From the human T2T-CHM13v2.0 reference genome, Homo sapiens: a DNA stretch of 64,000 bases. The notes under the pieces were generated by a model. The model worked only from the letters and a program-made list of their open reading frames with translations. It did no database searches and had not been told where the DNA came from. How positions within the stretch are numbered: position 1 is the first letter of the stretch; each line of letters starts with the position of its first letter. Below, in pieces: positions 1-19,900 of this stretch. The DNA is taken from the NCBI RefSeq assembly GCF_009914755.1, contig NC_060937.1; one strand, 5' to 3'. The translations under genes were made by a program, and so were the position numbers.

Positions 1-477
1 ATGAATTTTTGAGTTGAGAGTCTGTGGAGATGCATTTCAGGAAGATCCTTTGTTTCAGGGGCAAGTCCTACAGAACAGAACAGGCTTTCAATATTGGTGC
101 AAAACCTGGCACAGATCAGGGCCAGTGGGCCAAGGGGCTTCATTTCCTCTGGCATTTTAGAATGATTGCCTGAAAAAAAATAAACCTTGCTTTTGTCTGA
201 ATTACAACATGATGGGCTGATTCATCTTCAACCCCCACTGAAAGGGTGTAGCTGAGTTGCTTCACCAAATATATGATGTAGCATGAAAATATGCGTCCCA
301 GGAAAGGCAGTTCGGCAGGGTCTCCGTATAAGAATGCTCAGCCTTGGTGGAAATGCCAACACTTGGCTTCCAGGCCTTTCCCTTCCTCTCTAAATGAGTT
401 GCTTCATTTATATGTGAACACTTTAATTTTTCTTTTCTTTTTTTTTTTTTTTTTTTTGAGACAGGGTCTCTCTATAG

Positions 478-1065
<588 letters not shown>

Positions 1066-1274
1066 TAAGTTGTATTTTTAAAGCCTGCAGGCTCAACATT
1101 CAAAAAACTAAGACTAATGATATTGAAAGGGAAATAAGTATGTACCTGTTTGTATGTGGATAGATGTGGTGTTAGGTTTAGGAGTTAGAGTAAAAAGTTA
1201 TGACTACTTCAGGGGCACCTAAAGGCACCACAGTTAATCACTCGAACACAATATAAGCTCATTGAATATTTTAA

Positions 1275-1597
<323 letters not shown>

Positions 1598-1688
1598 TGA
1601 GTCACTGCTCCCGGCCCCATTTCTCTTCTTTTAAACAAAAAACAATGTACATTATTATCCATCACTAACACGGATACCACTGCCCTTA

Positions 1689-1994
<306 letters not shown>

Positions 1995-2199
1995 CTAAAA
2001 AAAAAAAGAAAGCAAGAAAGAAACCTAAAATAATGTTAACTGAAGGACAACGTATCAACATATCTAAATGATCATCAGAGGGTGGACATTTTAGAAAAAG
2101 AAAAAAAAAACAGACAATGGGGTTTGCTGATTATCCAAGATTCTCACAGCCCATCTATGGCTACATGAAGTGAAATGAATAAAAGGCAAATAAGGCCAC

Positions 2200-3304
<1,105 letters not shown>

Positions 3305-3520
3305 GCCACAATGCAAAATATCCACCATAGTGCTCTCTATATGTGACTTTCTAGCCTACCCTTATCCACCATGGTGATTCCTATTCAGTATTCCACTGGT
3401 TGTGCCTGCTGATGAAGAAATCAATGTATATTCCCCTAAATCCTGTCTTTGGTGTAGGTTTGGAATGCCCAAGGATCAGCCAGTGCAGTCAGGTCTGCTG
3501 GCACCTTCCAAAAAACCAAG

Positions 3521-4175
3521 TGATATGGTTTGCCTGTGTCCCCACCCAAATTTCATCTTGAATTGTAGCTCCCATAATTCCCGTGTGTTGTGAAAGGGAC
3601 CCGGTAGGAGATATTTGAACCATGGGGGCAGTTTCCCTCATACTGTTCTTGTGGTAGTGAATAAGCCTCACGAGATCTGACGATTTTATAAGAGGTTTCT
3701 CCTTTCACTTGGTTCTCATTCTCTCTTGCCTGCCACCATGTAAGATGTATCTTTTGCTTTCCACCATGACTATGAGGCCTCCCCAGCCACATGGAACTGT
3801 GAGTCCATTAAACCTCTTTTTCTTTATAAATTACCCAGTCTCAGGTATGTCTTTTTTTTTTTCTTTTTTTTTTTTGAGACCAAGTCTTGCTCTGTCACCC
3901 AGGCTGGAGTACAGTGGCACAATCTCGGCTCACTGCAACCTCCACCTCCTGGGTTCAGTGATTCTCCTGCCTCAGCCTCCCAAGTAGCTGGGACTACAGG
4001 CACCCACGACCATGCCCAGCTAATTTTTCTATTTTTAGTAGAGACAGGGTTTTGCCATGTTGGCCAGGGTGGTCTCGAACTCCTGACCTCAGCCTCCCAA
4101 AGTGCTAGGATTAGAGGCATGAGCCACTGTGCCCAGCCACGGTCTTTATCAGCAGCATGAAAACAGACTAATACA
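3521..4175 (+). mobile_element. Second THE1 solo LTR, interrupted by antisense Alu (about 3851-4138)
   Basis: tgatatggtttg start, gactaataca end; 5-bp TSD CCAAG at 3516-3520 and 4176-4180. Confidence 0.9.
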
Positions 4176-5050
4176 CCAAGCAACTGGTCAATGTCATAGG
4201 CACTGGAGAAACTTCTCGGATTTGTTCTTTTAAAATGTTCTTCAGGAAGGGCACAATGGCTCACCCCTGTAATCCCAGCACTTTGGGAGGCCAAGGTGCT
4301 CCCAGCTCACTTGAGGCCAGGAGTTCAAGATCAGCCTAGGCAACACAGTGAGACCCTCCCCCAACGTCTACAAACATTTTTTTAGAACATTAACCAAGTA
4401 TGGTGGGGCATGCAGTGAGCCATGATTGCATCACTGGACTCCAGGGTGGGTAACAGTGCAAGACTGTCTCTAAAAAAAGAACTAAAAAATAAACAAATAC
4501 GTAACTAAATAAAATGTTCTTCATACATTTTGCAGTAACCTTGTAACCATTCAATCGCTGATTCTGAATCTATGTAAATTCTGGTATCAGACCCTTGGTA
4601 AGATGCTTGAGCAAAATGCCATGAAGACACCTGCCCACAAGCCAAAATGTTAGAAGTCAGGTGCAGTAGCGAGCTCCTGCAGTCCCAACCACTTGGGAGG
4701 CTGAGGCAGGAGGATCTCTTGAGCCCATAGTTCGAGACCAGCCTGGGTAACATAATGAGACCCCTGTCTCAAAAACAAAAAAAGAACCAGTGACATAGGA
4801 TGAGGACGAAGAAGCAAGGAATAGTGCTGAAGAACTTTCAGGATATGCGGGGTGACACTAGAAAGTGCTTAGACATCACACGTTACCAAGAAAAAAATGT
4901 GACCTATACAAAGGAGTCTGCCCATGTCCTATGAAACAATTTAAAAATCAAAAATAGGCCGGGTGCGTTGGCTCATGCCTGTAATCCCAGCACTTTGGGA
5001 GGCCAAGGTGGGCAGATTACGAAGTCAGGAGATCGAGACCATCCTGGCTA

Positions 5051-5224
<174 letters not shown>

Positions 5225-5288
5225 TCAAAAAAAAAAGAAATAAATAATTACAAAAATGGAGTTTGGCTTTAATTAATGATCTGAATTA

Positions 5289-5668
<380 letters not shown>

Positions 5669-5837
5669 TCATATAAAAATTTAATTACATCCCATAAATA
5701 TCTGCAATTTTTTATTGTTTATTTTTTGAGACAAGGTCTCACTCTGTTGCCCAGGCTGGAGTGCAGTGGTGCAATCACAGCTCACTGCAGCTTCAACCTC
5801 CCCCGGCTCAGATGATCCTCCCACTTCAGCTTCCTGA

Positions 5838-6041
<204 letters not shown>

Positions 6042-6339
6042 TAAAAGAAAAAGTAATTTAATCACAAACCCAGTTGACATAAACGTATGTAATATGGAAT
6101 TTCCTGTTGTTTCCATACAAATTTATCTTTGTCTATTTGAGAGATCAATTTCTCTTTTCAGTATTGAGTAGTGAATAGAATCAAAATCTGTGGGTAAAGA
6201 AGCTACTCAGACAGTTTCAAAACTGAATTTGATGACACATTTGTACCCAATCTGAGTGGCCCCCAGCAACATGGGTTTTGAGTTCTCAAAGGCCAATAGA
6301 TAGCTCCCTTTCCTTTCCACAGCTTTGGGAGCTTGGGCT

Positions 6340-6830
6340 ACCCTGTAACGTCTAAATGCCTGTGCAGTGTGGGCCTGTGAAGCTGGCAGGGTGGGCAGTG
6401 TAAATGCCCACTAGCAGGAGCCAGCTGACCTCCTGCGTGTCACAATAGCAGCCAGGTGTCTCCACGGTGACGTCTCTGAGCCAGGAGGTCAGAACTGTGG
6501 GATTGATGACCTCCCACAACTGGAGCAGCCGGGAACAGCTCTGACCACAGTAAGTCATCCCAAAACCTCACATTCAGATGAAACCATTTAAGAATTTCAT
6601 CTGCACTGAGGAACAATTTAGCGTGATACTGGAGGGAAAGAGTTTCCCTGTGAGATCCAGGAGGTCCCTTTAGCTCGTCTCCTGACGTCACCACAGTCAT
6701 ACCCAAGAGGAAGGAAACGTCAGAGACAATGATTTGGAGAACATTCTACACAAAAACCAAGTATGAAACAATGACGATTTCATGATGGCTCATTGTTCTT
6801 TGGTATTGTGCCTTACGTGAGCTGGGGACT
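6340..6830 (+). promoter_or_regulatory. Distal non-CpG promoter region with CRE cluster
   Basis: TGACGTCT 6468-6475, perfect palindromic TGACGTCA 6683-6690, ACGTCA 6717-6722, TTACGTGA 6813-6820 around the first exon. Confidence 0.55.
6500..6549 (+). other. IPO5: IPO5 distal non-coding first exon (5' end approximate)
   Basis: Strong donor CACA|gtaagt at 6549/6550 in unique sequence, 402 nt upstream of a good acceptor at 6951/6952; the TSS itself cannot be read from sequence. Confidence 0.65.
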
Positions 6831-6951
6831 AACTCTGTATCCTTAAGGAGGCATCACTTGATTAGAGTTGCCCAAAAGAATGTGGGTTATTATCCTAAAG
6901 GTCTGTGTTGCCATCCTGAAACAGTCAGAAATCAGTTTTTATTTCACTTAG

Positions 6952-7031
6952 GTGGTTCCGGGGAGAAGCCTTTCCAGGACCCATGTGTAGGCACAACTGT
7001 TTTCCCTGATCAGGATACTTGCGGCACTCAA
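6952..7031 (+). other. IPO5: IPO5 5'UTR exon 2 (80 nt)
   Basis: Acceptor tttttatttcacttag|GTGG and donor CTCAA|gtgagt. Confidence 0.75.
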
Positions 7032-8777
7032 GTGAGTCTAGAATTATCAGATTTTGTTCTGTCTCTCTTCACTGTGAATTCTATTCTTTATTTCCTTTAA
7101 AACAAAAAGCTCCTGCTATTTTCTCCTATAATTATGATATCTGTTTCTTGATCATTTTACCTTCTATTCACCAATTAATTGAAATCCAACCCATCAGGAT
7201 TATCTACCCTGCTTTCCTATAGGGAGAATAAAAAGTGCTTAGAAGCAGTATGATTTTCACTGCCTTTAATTTCTCAAATCCCAAGATGTTCCATTTAAAA
7301 TCTTTAGAGTATCTATTTTGTCTTCTGTACATTATGGTTGTATTCCCTCAGAGGCCGAGTATATTTTATCTTAGTTTTCAGAGATCACTAAAGTCAAGTA
7401 AATGAAGGAAAACAGAATTCATTTTCATTATGGGAAAACAAAATCAATCCCTAAGTAGTCAAAAGATTACTTACTTAAGGAACCACCTGGTTAACTTCTT
7501 CTCCTAGAACTTAATCCCCTAACTAGGGGTAAAAAAGGCTCATTGTCATCTTATAAAGTATTAGATACCAGGGACTTGTCAAATGCTAATGCCTTTATTA
7601 TAGAATGTTTAATTTAGACCTTCCTAAACAGTTTTGCTTTCTTCCGTCATTTGTCTGTGATGGAACCTCAAAGACACTAACTAGTATGCGAGACAGATTT
7701 GTGTTGGAACATTGTGTTAGCTTTCCAGTAGAGTTAAAACTCTGGAATGCAATTATAAACCTCCAAATGAAAAATACCGGCCGGGCACAGTGGCTCACAC
7801 CTATAATCCCAGCACTTTGGGAGGCTGAGGTGGGAGGATCACTTGGGCCTAGGAGTTTAAGGTCAGCCTAGGCAACATAGTGAGACCCTGTCTCTACAAA
7901 ATATAGAAAAAAGTAGCCAGTTATGGCAGAATGCATCTGTAATTCCAGGGACTCAGGAGGCTGAGGTGAGAGGATTCCTTGAGCTGGGGAGGTCAAGACT
8001 GCAGTGAGCCATGACTGTGCCACTGCACTCCAGCCTGGGTGACAGAGTGGGACCCTATCACGAAAAAAAAAAAAGAAAAATACCTAAGTGGCCAAATACC
8101 TTATAAAGTTCATGCATGCTACTCTACAGGAAATATCCTCAGCTGTCTTCTCTGTGCTGAGTTCATATACTCTTGTGCCTAGTTCATACATGCTTGGTCA
8201 TCTGCCTTCCAAAGCACACAGCAAACCAGATGATGAGAGCAGCTGACAAGTGGAGACAGTTGTCATTTTATGTTGGCAGCTACAATAAATGACACTGTCT
8301 GATGGAGAAAATGAGCGGGGAAAACACTTCCAAAACACAGGCAGAAATATAAGAGTTGAAATCCCAGAGTTCCAGAACAATTTCACCTCAGGGCAAGCAA
8401 GCCTAAGTGGCCTGTGTATCCACCACTCTACCACAACCCAGTGACATAACCGACTTGATGGTCCTCAGACGCCGGAGCTGGGAGGATCCCCTAGGGTGCT
8501 GCCCAACTCGCCCCAATTTACAGATGAGGAAATGGAGGCCTCAGGAAGCATTGACAGCCCAGTTCAGGATCACAGCTAGTTAAGGGGGAAGCTGCAACTA
8601 CAGTCAGGATCCCCTCATCCCAAGGGCCAACTTCTATCCTATACGCCCCACTCTGGAAAGGTGAAAAATAATTCAGCATTTTGGCCAGGCGCAGTGGCTC
8701 ATGCCTGTAATCCCAGCACTTTGGGAGGCCAAGGCAGGCGGATCACAAGGTCAGGAGACCAAGACCTTCCTGGCTTA

Positions 8778-9014
<237 letters not shown>

Positions 9015-10020
9015 TCAGTGTTTCAAAAGGTTTCAAAAGGCCAGTAAGGAATTAATACATGTTTAAAGAATTTTCTTGACAAAATGGTTGAAGGCTCATT
9101 GGTTACATTTGAGAATTAAATAAGATAAAGCATAGAAGGTTATCCCTCAAACACAGAAAGAAATCAAAATGTTGTCAGTTATTATTATAACTTAAAAATC
9201 TGATATATAAAAAAGTGCTTTTTTACAGAAGTCAGAAGAAAGTAGGTTGAGCATTTTTAATACTAATCTTTTAAATACCTTTGCTCTGCCAGAAAATTAA
9301 TTTTCATAAAGCAATACATTGTTGGATCTCACCCTTAGGAAGGTCTTCCCTGGGCACCCTATTTTAACAGTACCCCATCACCTCTAGCTCTTTACTTTGA
9401 TTTCGTATGCTTTATAACCTATTACCATATGAAACTAAAGATATGTATAAAATCTTTTCTCTAAAGCTTCTCCTAAAGTTCACAGCTAAAATACTATGAT
9501 TTTCTTCTGGTTTTTAAATAGTCCTCTTGTTAGAAAAGATTTAGCCCTTATCCTCAATCTCACAGCCACTAAATAGTCAATTCACACAAGCCAAGTGATT
9601 TGTAAAATAGGAGTCTCTGCAAACTGAGTCCAACCAGCTTGAATAATAGCATCATAACATAATGGGATCCCTTTCTGGTGGTAGTGTCCGGGACCAAATA
9701 CCAAAATTCCTATTTTAAGCTGTATTAAGATTTTCTAAATGTAGCTATGTTTCAAGAGAAAATGCTTGGTCTATGGATAGCTGAAGCCATGTAAAACAAG
9801 CATTCTTATCACATGGGTCCAATATCGCTGATTTTACATGGCAGATAGACCTTAAAACGCATTCCTACTTTTCCCACTCCCTCCCACATTCTTTAAAAGG
9901 GTAGGGTTTATTATCTCTCTGAATACTCAAATGAAAACTTAAGTGTATAAACAAAACTAGAAAAATCCTTAGATTAAGATGGGAGGAAGATGGTCTTTTG
10001 ACCTCTTAATATTAGTTTGA

Positions 10021-10310
<290 letters not shown>

Positions 10311-10589
10311 TGAGCCACCGCACTCAGCCTGATCTAAGTTCTTTAAATGATCATTCCATATTGTTAAACAATGTTTCTAAGTGAGAGGTAGAGAATTATA
10401 TTAGTTGGTAGGAGGCCTAAATGCTTGAAGACAATTTAGAGAAAACTAGTTATTTCCTTGGCACAAAGTAAATCCTACTACTCCTGAAGTATAAGAAAAA
10501 ATAAAAATAAAAACAATAAAAATAAACAATTCTTTGATCAAATAATTTTTTTAATTGACTTGTTCTGATCATTAGGGCCTACTTGTTCA

Positions 10590-10826
<237 letters not shown>

Positions 10827-11274
10827 TCAGAAAAAAAAGTAAAGAAAGAAACCCTTGCAATCAGAAAGAAAAAGAGAATTACAACTTAAAGTGACTAATG
10901 TTAAATATACTATTATATTTGGACTATATATAAACTAGAAACCTCCAGGGCCTGGCCTCAGGTGGAGTTGTCTTGCAGCTGATTGCTTGGCTCTCTTCTC
11001 TCTTCCCAACCTGATGTCATCCACTTCCACAACTTTAAATGCCATGAAAGTGATGGCTTGCCATTTCCAGCCCTGCCCTCTTCCTGGGCTCCATTGTCCC
11101 TCTATCCTCAGCCACGTGGCTGTTTCCTGTGTCCCACAAAAGTGCCACGAAGGAAACCCAGCTCTTCTCTCCAGACCTTACCCCAAACACCTCCTTCTCA
11201 TCTTAATAGCATCATCAGTTGCTCAGTCACAAAACCTGGGCATTCTTGATCTCTCCCGACCTCACCCCCACCAT

Positions 11275-11466
11275 CGGGAGAGGACTCATCAAGAAATTCC
11301 AGAAGCTTAAGTGTCAGGGACTCTCCTTTGCTCAGGACCCTCTATCTCATTTTGTGTTACCCCATTGCAGGGTCCTCTATCTCATTTTGTGTTTAGTTTT
11401 TATTTTTCTTATGGAAGGCCCTCAAACTGTATGATTTAGGCCTCACAAACCTTGGATCGGCCTCTG
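11275..11466 (-). mobile_element. MER53-like hAT MITE
   Basis: Ends resemble recalled MER53 consensus (gaagcttaagtgtcaggg...; aggcctcacaaaccttggatcggcctctg). Confidence 0.55.
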
Positions 11467-11713
11467 CACCCTCTGTCCAGCTCATTTCCAAAAGAAAACT
11501 ATCTCAAAAAAAAAAAAGAAAGAAAGAGAAAAGAAAACCATCTAAAACCGACCACACAACAGTGAACACTGTTGATTGCTACCACCTCAGTCCAAGCCCC
11601 ATCCCACCCCACCCCACACTGCAGCCAAGATGATCTTTGAAAGTTGAAAGCTTCTCAGGTCAGATCTCTTTCTTAACCCTCCACTGGATTCCCCTTTCCC
11701 CTAGGACAAGTCA

Positions 11714-12047
<334 letters not shown>

Positions 12048-12360
12048 TCACAATGCCCTAGTAGCAGAACATGCTGCTGAACTATCAGGGTGCCCTGGGT
12101 GATCTGGCCTCTGCTGGCCTCTCAACCCTCTCAGCTTTAGCTATCCCCTTCTTTCCTTTCTGGAATACCCCAACTTGTTTTTGCCTCTGTCCTTCGTATT
12201 GTCACCTCTGCTTGAGAGAGCCTCCTCCATTTCTTTATTTGCCTCATCTTTCATTGTCACCTCCTCTCAAAAGACTGTCCCGGCAGGGCACGGTGGCTCA
12301 CGCCTATAATCCCAGCACTTTGGGAGGCCGAGGCGGGTGGGTCACAAAGTCAGAAGTTCA

Positions 12361-12645
<285 letters not shown>

Positions 12646-13326
12646 TCACCTATAACTGTATGCAAGTATCTTATCAGTTTACTTGTTTATTATCTGAATT
12701 CTTTCAAAAGAGCTAAGCTCCCTGAAGGTGGGAACCCTGTCCGCATGCTCACCGTGGAATCCCCACAGCCTAGCAGCACCTCCCACAGAGGGGTGCCTAA
12801 TATTTTTCTAAACAAATGAATGAAGAAAATGTTCATTAAACAAATACTACTGCAGTTAAATGTGGCATCAAGCAGTACTACACATAGGATGCATGGAATT
12901 GAAGCCTATGAACCATTATAAGGTCCCTTTCATTTGTTCCTCATTAACTGTGGATGACTAAAAATCCATGCTGCCAATAGCTCCAACTATGAGATGCAGA
13001 TCGATGTCACAATTCAGACTCCATTATGTATGTCCTCACAATGCAGGAGGTGAAATGTGTATGTCATGTGTCCAAATTGTAAGATACTTGCTGTAAGTAG
13101 CAAAAAGATGGGAAGGAAAGTCTACAGACCAAATCATATCTGAATCTCCCCATTCTCCCTCTCCACAAATATTGGTTTAGGAATTCTCCGAAGTTTGAAG
13201 GTTATGAATGGTTATCACTCAAGGATTCAGAACTAAGGTAAAAATACTGTGAATGATAGGGGGAAAAAATCACTAATTGAGGTCTAAATCAATATCCTTC
13301 AGCTCTCTAAGGAAATGTATTTTTAA

Positions 13327-13629
<303 letters not shown>

Positions 13630-14205
13630 TGATCCACTCGCCTGAGCCTCCCAAAGTGCTGGGATTACAGGCATGAGCCACCTCACCCAGCCTAAAGTTC
13701 AACCTTCTAAAGTGTACAATGGAGTGTTTAGTATATTCAGTGGGCTGCACATTCATCACTATCACCCTTTCCTCACCCTAAAAGAAAACTCCATACCTGC
13801 TAGCACTCACTGATTCCCCTACCCACCCCATGCCCAGGCACATGGCAAGCACCAATCTACTGTCTATGGATGTGCTGATTCTGGACATTTCCCATAAGTG
13901 GGACCAAAAAAATGTGTGGTCTTTTTGTCTGATTTCCTTCAGGCAGTCTAATGAGTTTAAGGTTCACTCATGTTGTTACATGTATCATTACTTTATTCTT
14001 TTATTGCGAAGTAATATTTCCTTGTATAGTTAGAAGACATTTTGTTTATCCATTCACCAGTGGATGGACAGTTGAATTGTTTCCACTTTTTGGCTGTGGT
14101 GAATAATGTTGCCATGAACATTCATGTACAAGTTTTTGTGTCAACATATGTTGTCTTTTCTCTTGCACATATACCTAGGAGTGAAATTACTGAGTCAAAT
14201 GGTAA

Positions 14206-14376
<171 letters not shown>

Positions 14377-14619
14377 TAGCAAAGTATGAGCGTTTGAATT
14401 TCTCCACATTCTTGTCAACACTTGCTGTTGCCTTTTTTATTAAAGCCATTTTATTGGGTATGAAGTGGTAACTTACATTGTGGTTTTGATTTGCATTTCT
14501 CTAATGATGAATGATGTTGCACATCTTTTCATGTGCTTATTGGCCATTTGTATATTTTCTCTGGAGAAATGTCTATTCAAATGTTTTACCCATTTTTTTA
14601 ATTGGGTTGTCTTTTTTTA

Positions 14620-15051
<432 letters not shown>

Positions 15052-15320
15052 TTAATTTTGTGAAGTTCAATGTATCCATTTTTCTCTTCTGCCTTTTGTG
15101 ATTTTGATGTCATAGCTAAAAAATGATTGCCTACCCCAAAGCGATGAAGATTTAGTCCTATATTTTCTTGTAAGAATTTTATAGTTTTAGCTCTTACATT
15201 TAGTCTATGATCCACTTTGAAGTTTTTATGACGTGAAGTATGGGTCCAGCTTCATTCTAACGCATGTGGATATCAAGTTGTACCGGCAACAATCTTTCCA
15301 CAGTGAACAGTCATGGCTCC

Positions 15321-16083
<763 letters not shown>

Positions 16084-16120
16084 GTATCCTTGTCAAAAAT
16101 CAGTCTGACAACACATGTAA

Positions 16121-16476
<356 letters not shown>

Positions 16477-16630
16477 TAGGTGTGAGCCACTGCACCCGGC
16501 CATTATTACAGCTTTATAGTAAGCCTTGAATTCAGCAACTGTTAATCCTTTGAATTTTGTTTTTTTCGACTGCTTTGGTTACTCAGAGTCTCTTGCAACT
16601 CTAGATGAATTTTTAGAATCAGTTTGTCCA

Positions 16631-18197
16631 ATTTACACTCCCACCAACAGTGTAAAAGCATTCCTATTTCTCCACAGCCTCGCCAGCATCTGTTGTTTCC
16701 TGACTTTTTAATGATCACCATTCTAACTGGCATGAGATGATATCTCATTGTGGTTTTGATTTGCATTTCTCTAATGACCAGTGAGGATGAGCTTTTTTTC
16801 ATATGTTTGTTGGCAACATAAATGTCTTCTTTTGAGAAGTGTCTGTTCATATCTTTTGCCTACTTTTTGATGGGGTTGTTTTTTTCTTGTAAATTTGTTT
16901 AAGTTATTTGTAGATTCTGGACATTAGCCCTCTGTCAGATGGATAGATTGCAAAAATTTTCTCCCATTCTGTAGGCTGCCTGTTCATTCTGATGACAGTT
17001 TCTTTTGCTGTGCAGAAGCTCTTTAGTTTAATTAGATCCTATTTGTCAATTTTGGCTTTTGTTGCAATTGCTTTTGGTGTTTTAGTCATGAAGTCATTGC
17101 CCATGCCTATGTCCTAAATGATATTGCCTAGGTTTTCTTCTAGGGTTTTCATGATTTTAAGTTTTACATTTAAGTCTTTAATCCATCTTGAGTTAATTTT
17201 TGTATAAGGTGTAAGGAATGGGTCCAGTTTGTGTTTTCTGCATATGACTAGCCAGTTTTCCCAGCACCATTTCTTTCTTTTTTTTTTTTTTTTTTTTTGG
17301 AGAATGAGTCTCGCTCTGTCACCCAGGCTGGAGTGCAGTGGCGCGATCTCGGCTCACTGCAAGCTCCGCCTCCCGGGTTCATGCCATTCTCCTGCCGAGT
17401 AGCTGGGACTATAGGCACCTGCCACCACACCCAGCTAATTTTTTTTTGTATTTTTACAAAAAAAAGTAGAGACGGGGTTTCACCATGTTAGCCAGGATGG
17501 TCTCGATCTCCTGACCTCATGACCCGCCCGCCTCAGCCTCCCAAAGTGCTGGGATTACAGGCGTGAGCCACCGCGCCCGGCCTCCCAGCACCATTTCTTA
17601 TATAGGGACAGTGTGGCGATTCCTCAAGGATCTAGAACCACAAATACCATTTGACCCAGCAATCCCATTACTGAGTATATACCCAAAGGATTATAAATCA
17701 TTCTACTGTAAAGACACATGCACACGTATGTTTATTGCAGCACTATTTACAATAGCAAAGACTTGGAACCAACCAAATGCCCATCAATGATAGACTGGAT
17801 AAAGAAAATGTGGCACACGTATACCATTGAATACTATGCAGCCATAAAAAAGAATGAGTTCATGTCCTTTGCAGGGACATGGATGAAGCTGGAAGCCATC
17901 ATTCTCAGCAAACTAACACAGGAACAGAAAACCAAACACCACATGTTCTCACTCATAAGTGGGAGTTGGACAATGAGAACACATGGACACAGGAAGGGGA
18001 ACATCACACACCAGGGCCTGTCGGGGGGTGGGGGACAAGGGAAGGGAGAGCATTAGGACAAATACTTAATGCATGCAGGGCTTAAAACCTAGATGATGGG
18101 TTGGTAGGTGCAGCAAACCACCATGGCACATGTATACGTATGTAACAAACCTGCACGTTCTGCACATGTATATCGAAACTGAAAAATTAAAAAAAAA
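16631..18197. mobile_element. 5'-truncated, 5'-inverted L1PA (minus part 16631-about 17605; plus 3' end about 17606-18197) with Alu at about 17275-17582
   Basis: ORF2 C-terminal peptides on opposite strands (ORFs 16542..16850 - and 17718..18056 +); TSD AATCAG(T/C)TTGTCCA at 16617-16630 and 18196-18209. Confidence 0.9.
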
Positions 18198-18584
18198 TCA
18201 GCTTGTCCATATCTGAAAAACAAAGGCAATTGGAATTTTAATTGGGATTACCTTGAATCTATAGATTAAGGGAGGGAGGTATCACCATCTTAATAATATT
18301 AAATCTCCCAATCCATGCGTATAGACTGTGTTTCCATTTATTTAGATCTTCTTTAATTTCTTCCAACAATGTTTTATAATTTTCAGCATACAAGTTCTAC
18401 AGTTCTGTGAAAGTTACTATTACTTTGTTACTGAGTCTTATTCTTTTTTGATGCTATTGTAAATAAAACTGTGTTCTTAATTTCATTTTCAGATTGTTTA
18501 TTGCTAGTGTATGGAATTACAATTGATTTTTATATATTGATCTTGTCTCCTGCAACCTTGCTGAACTTGTTTTGTTTGTTCTAA

Positions 18585-18589
<5 letters not shown>

Positions 18590-18619
<30 letters not shown>
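18590..18619. repeat. (TG)15 microsatellite
   Basis: Read directly. Confidence 0.95.
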
Positions 18620-18621
<2 letters not shown>

Positions 18622-19585
18622 TGTGTGAATTCCTTAGGATTTTGTCTATACGAAATCATGTCACTTGTGAATAGAGATAGAATTTCCAGGCCGGGCACGG
18701 TGGCTCACGCCTGTAATCCCAGCACTTTGGGGCGGCCGAGGCAGGCGGATCATGAGATCATGACAGAGATCAAAACCAGCCTGGCCAACATGGTGAAACC
18801 CCATCTCTACTAAAAATACAAAAATTAGCTGGGTGTGGTGGCTTGTGCCTTAATCCCAGCTACTCAGGAGGCTGAGGCAGGAGAATCGGTTGAACCAGGG
18901 AGATGGAAGTTGCAGTAAGCCGAGATCTGCACTCCAGCCTGGGTGACAGAGCAAGGCCCCCTCTCAAAAAAAAAAAAAAAAAAAAAAATAGAACTTCCAG
19001 TAAAATATTGAGTAAAAATGGTGACAATAGACATTCTTGTCTTGATCTCAGGGAGAAAACATCCAATTTTTCTCAACTAAATATGATGTTAACTGTGAGT
19101 CTGTCACAGATGGCTTTTATGAAGTTGAGGAAATTCCTCTTTATTCCTAGTTTGTTGAGCGTTTTAATAATGAAAAGGGATTGGATTCTGTGAAAAGCTT
19201 ATCCTGCATCAATTGAGATGCTCATATAGTTTTTACGCTTTATTAATATGGTATATTACATTGATTTTCATATGTTATGCCAACCTTTCATTCCTGGGAT
19301 AAATTTCACTTAATCATGGTAGATAATCCTCTCTATATGTTGTTTAATTCAGTTTGCTAGTATTTTGTTTATAATTTTTGTGTCGATATTGGTCTATAGT
19401 TTTTTTTGTTTTTGGCAGCAGGGCACAACTGGCCTTATAAAATGATTCATTACGTGTTCACTCTGCTTCTATTTTCTGACAAAGTTTGAGTAGGAATGGT
19501 GTTAATTGCTTTTTAAATGTTTGGTAAAATTCACCAGTAAAGTCATCTGGTCTGGGATTTTTCTTTGTGACTTTTAAAATTACTA

Positions 19586-19900
<315 letters not shown>

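Noticed and set aside
16542-18085. L1 ORF2 C-terminal peptides suggesting an active retroelement
   Set aside because: 5'-truncated, inverted, frameshifted and Alu-interrupted; no ORF1, endonuclease or RT core
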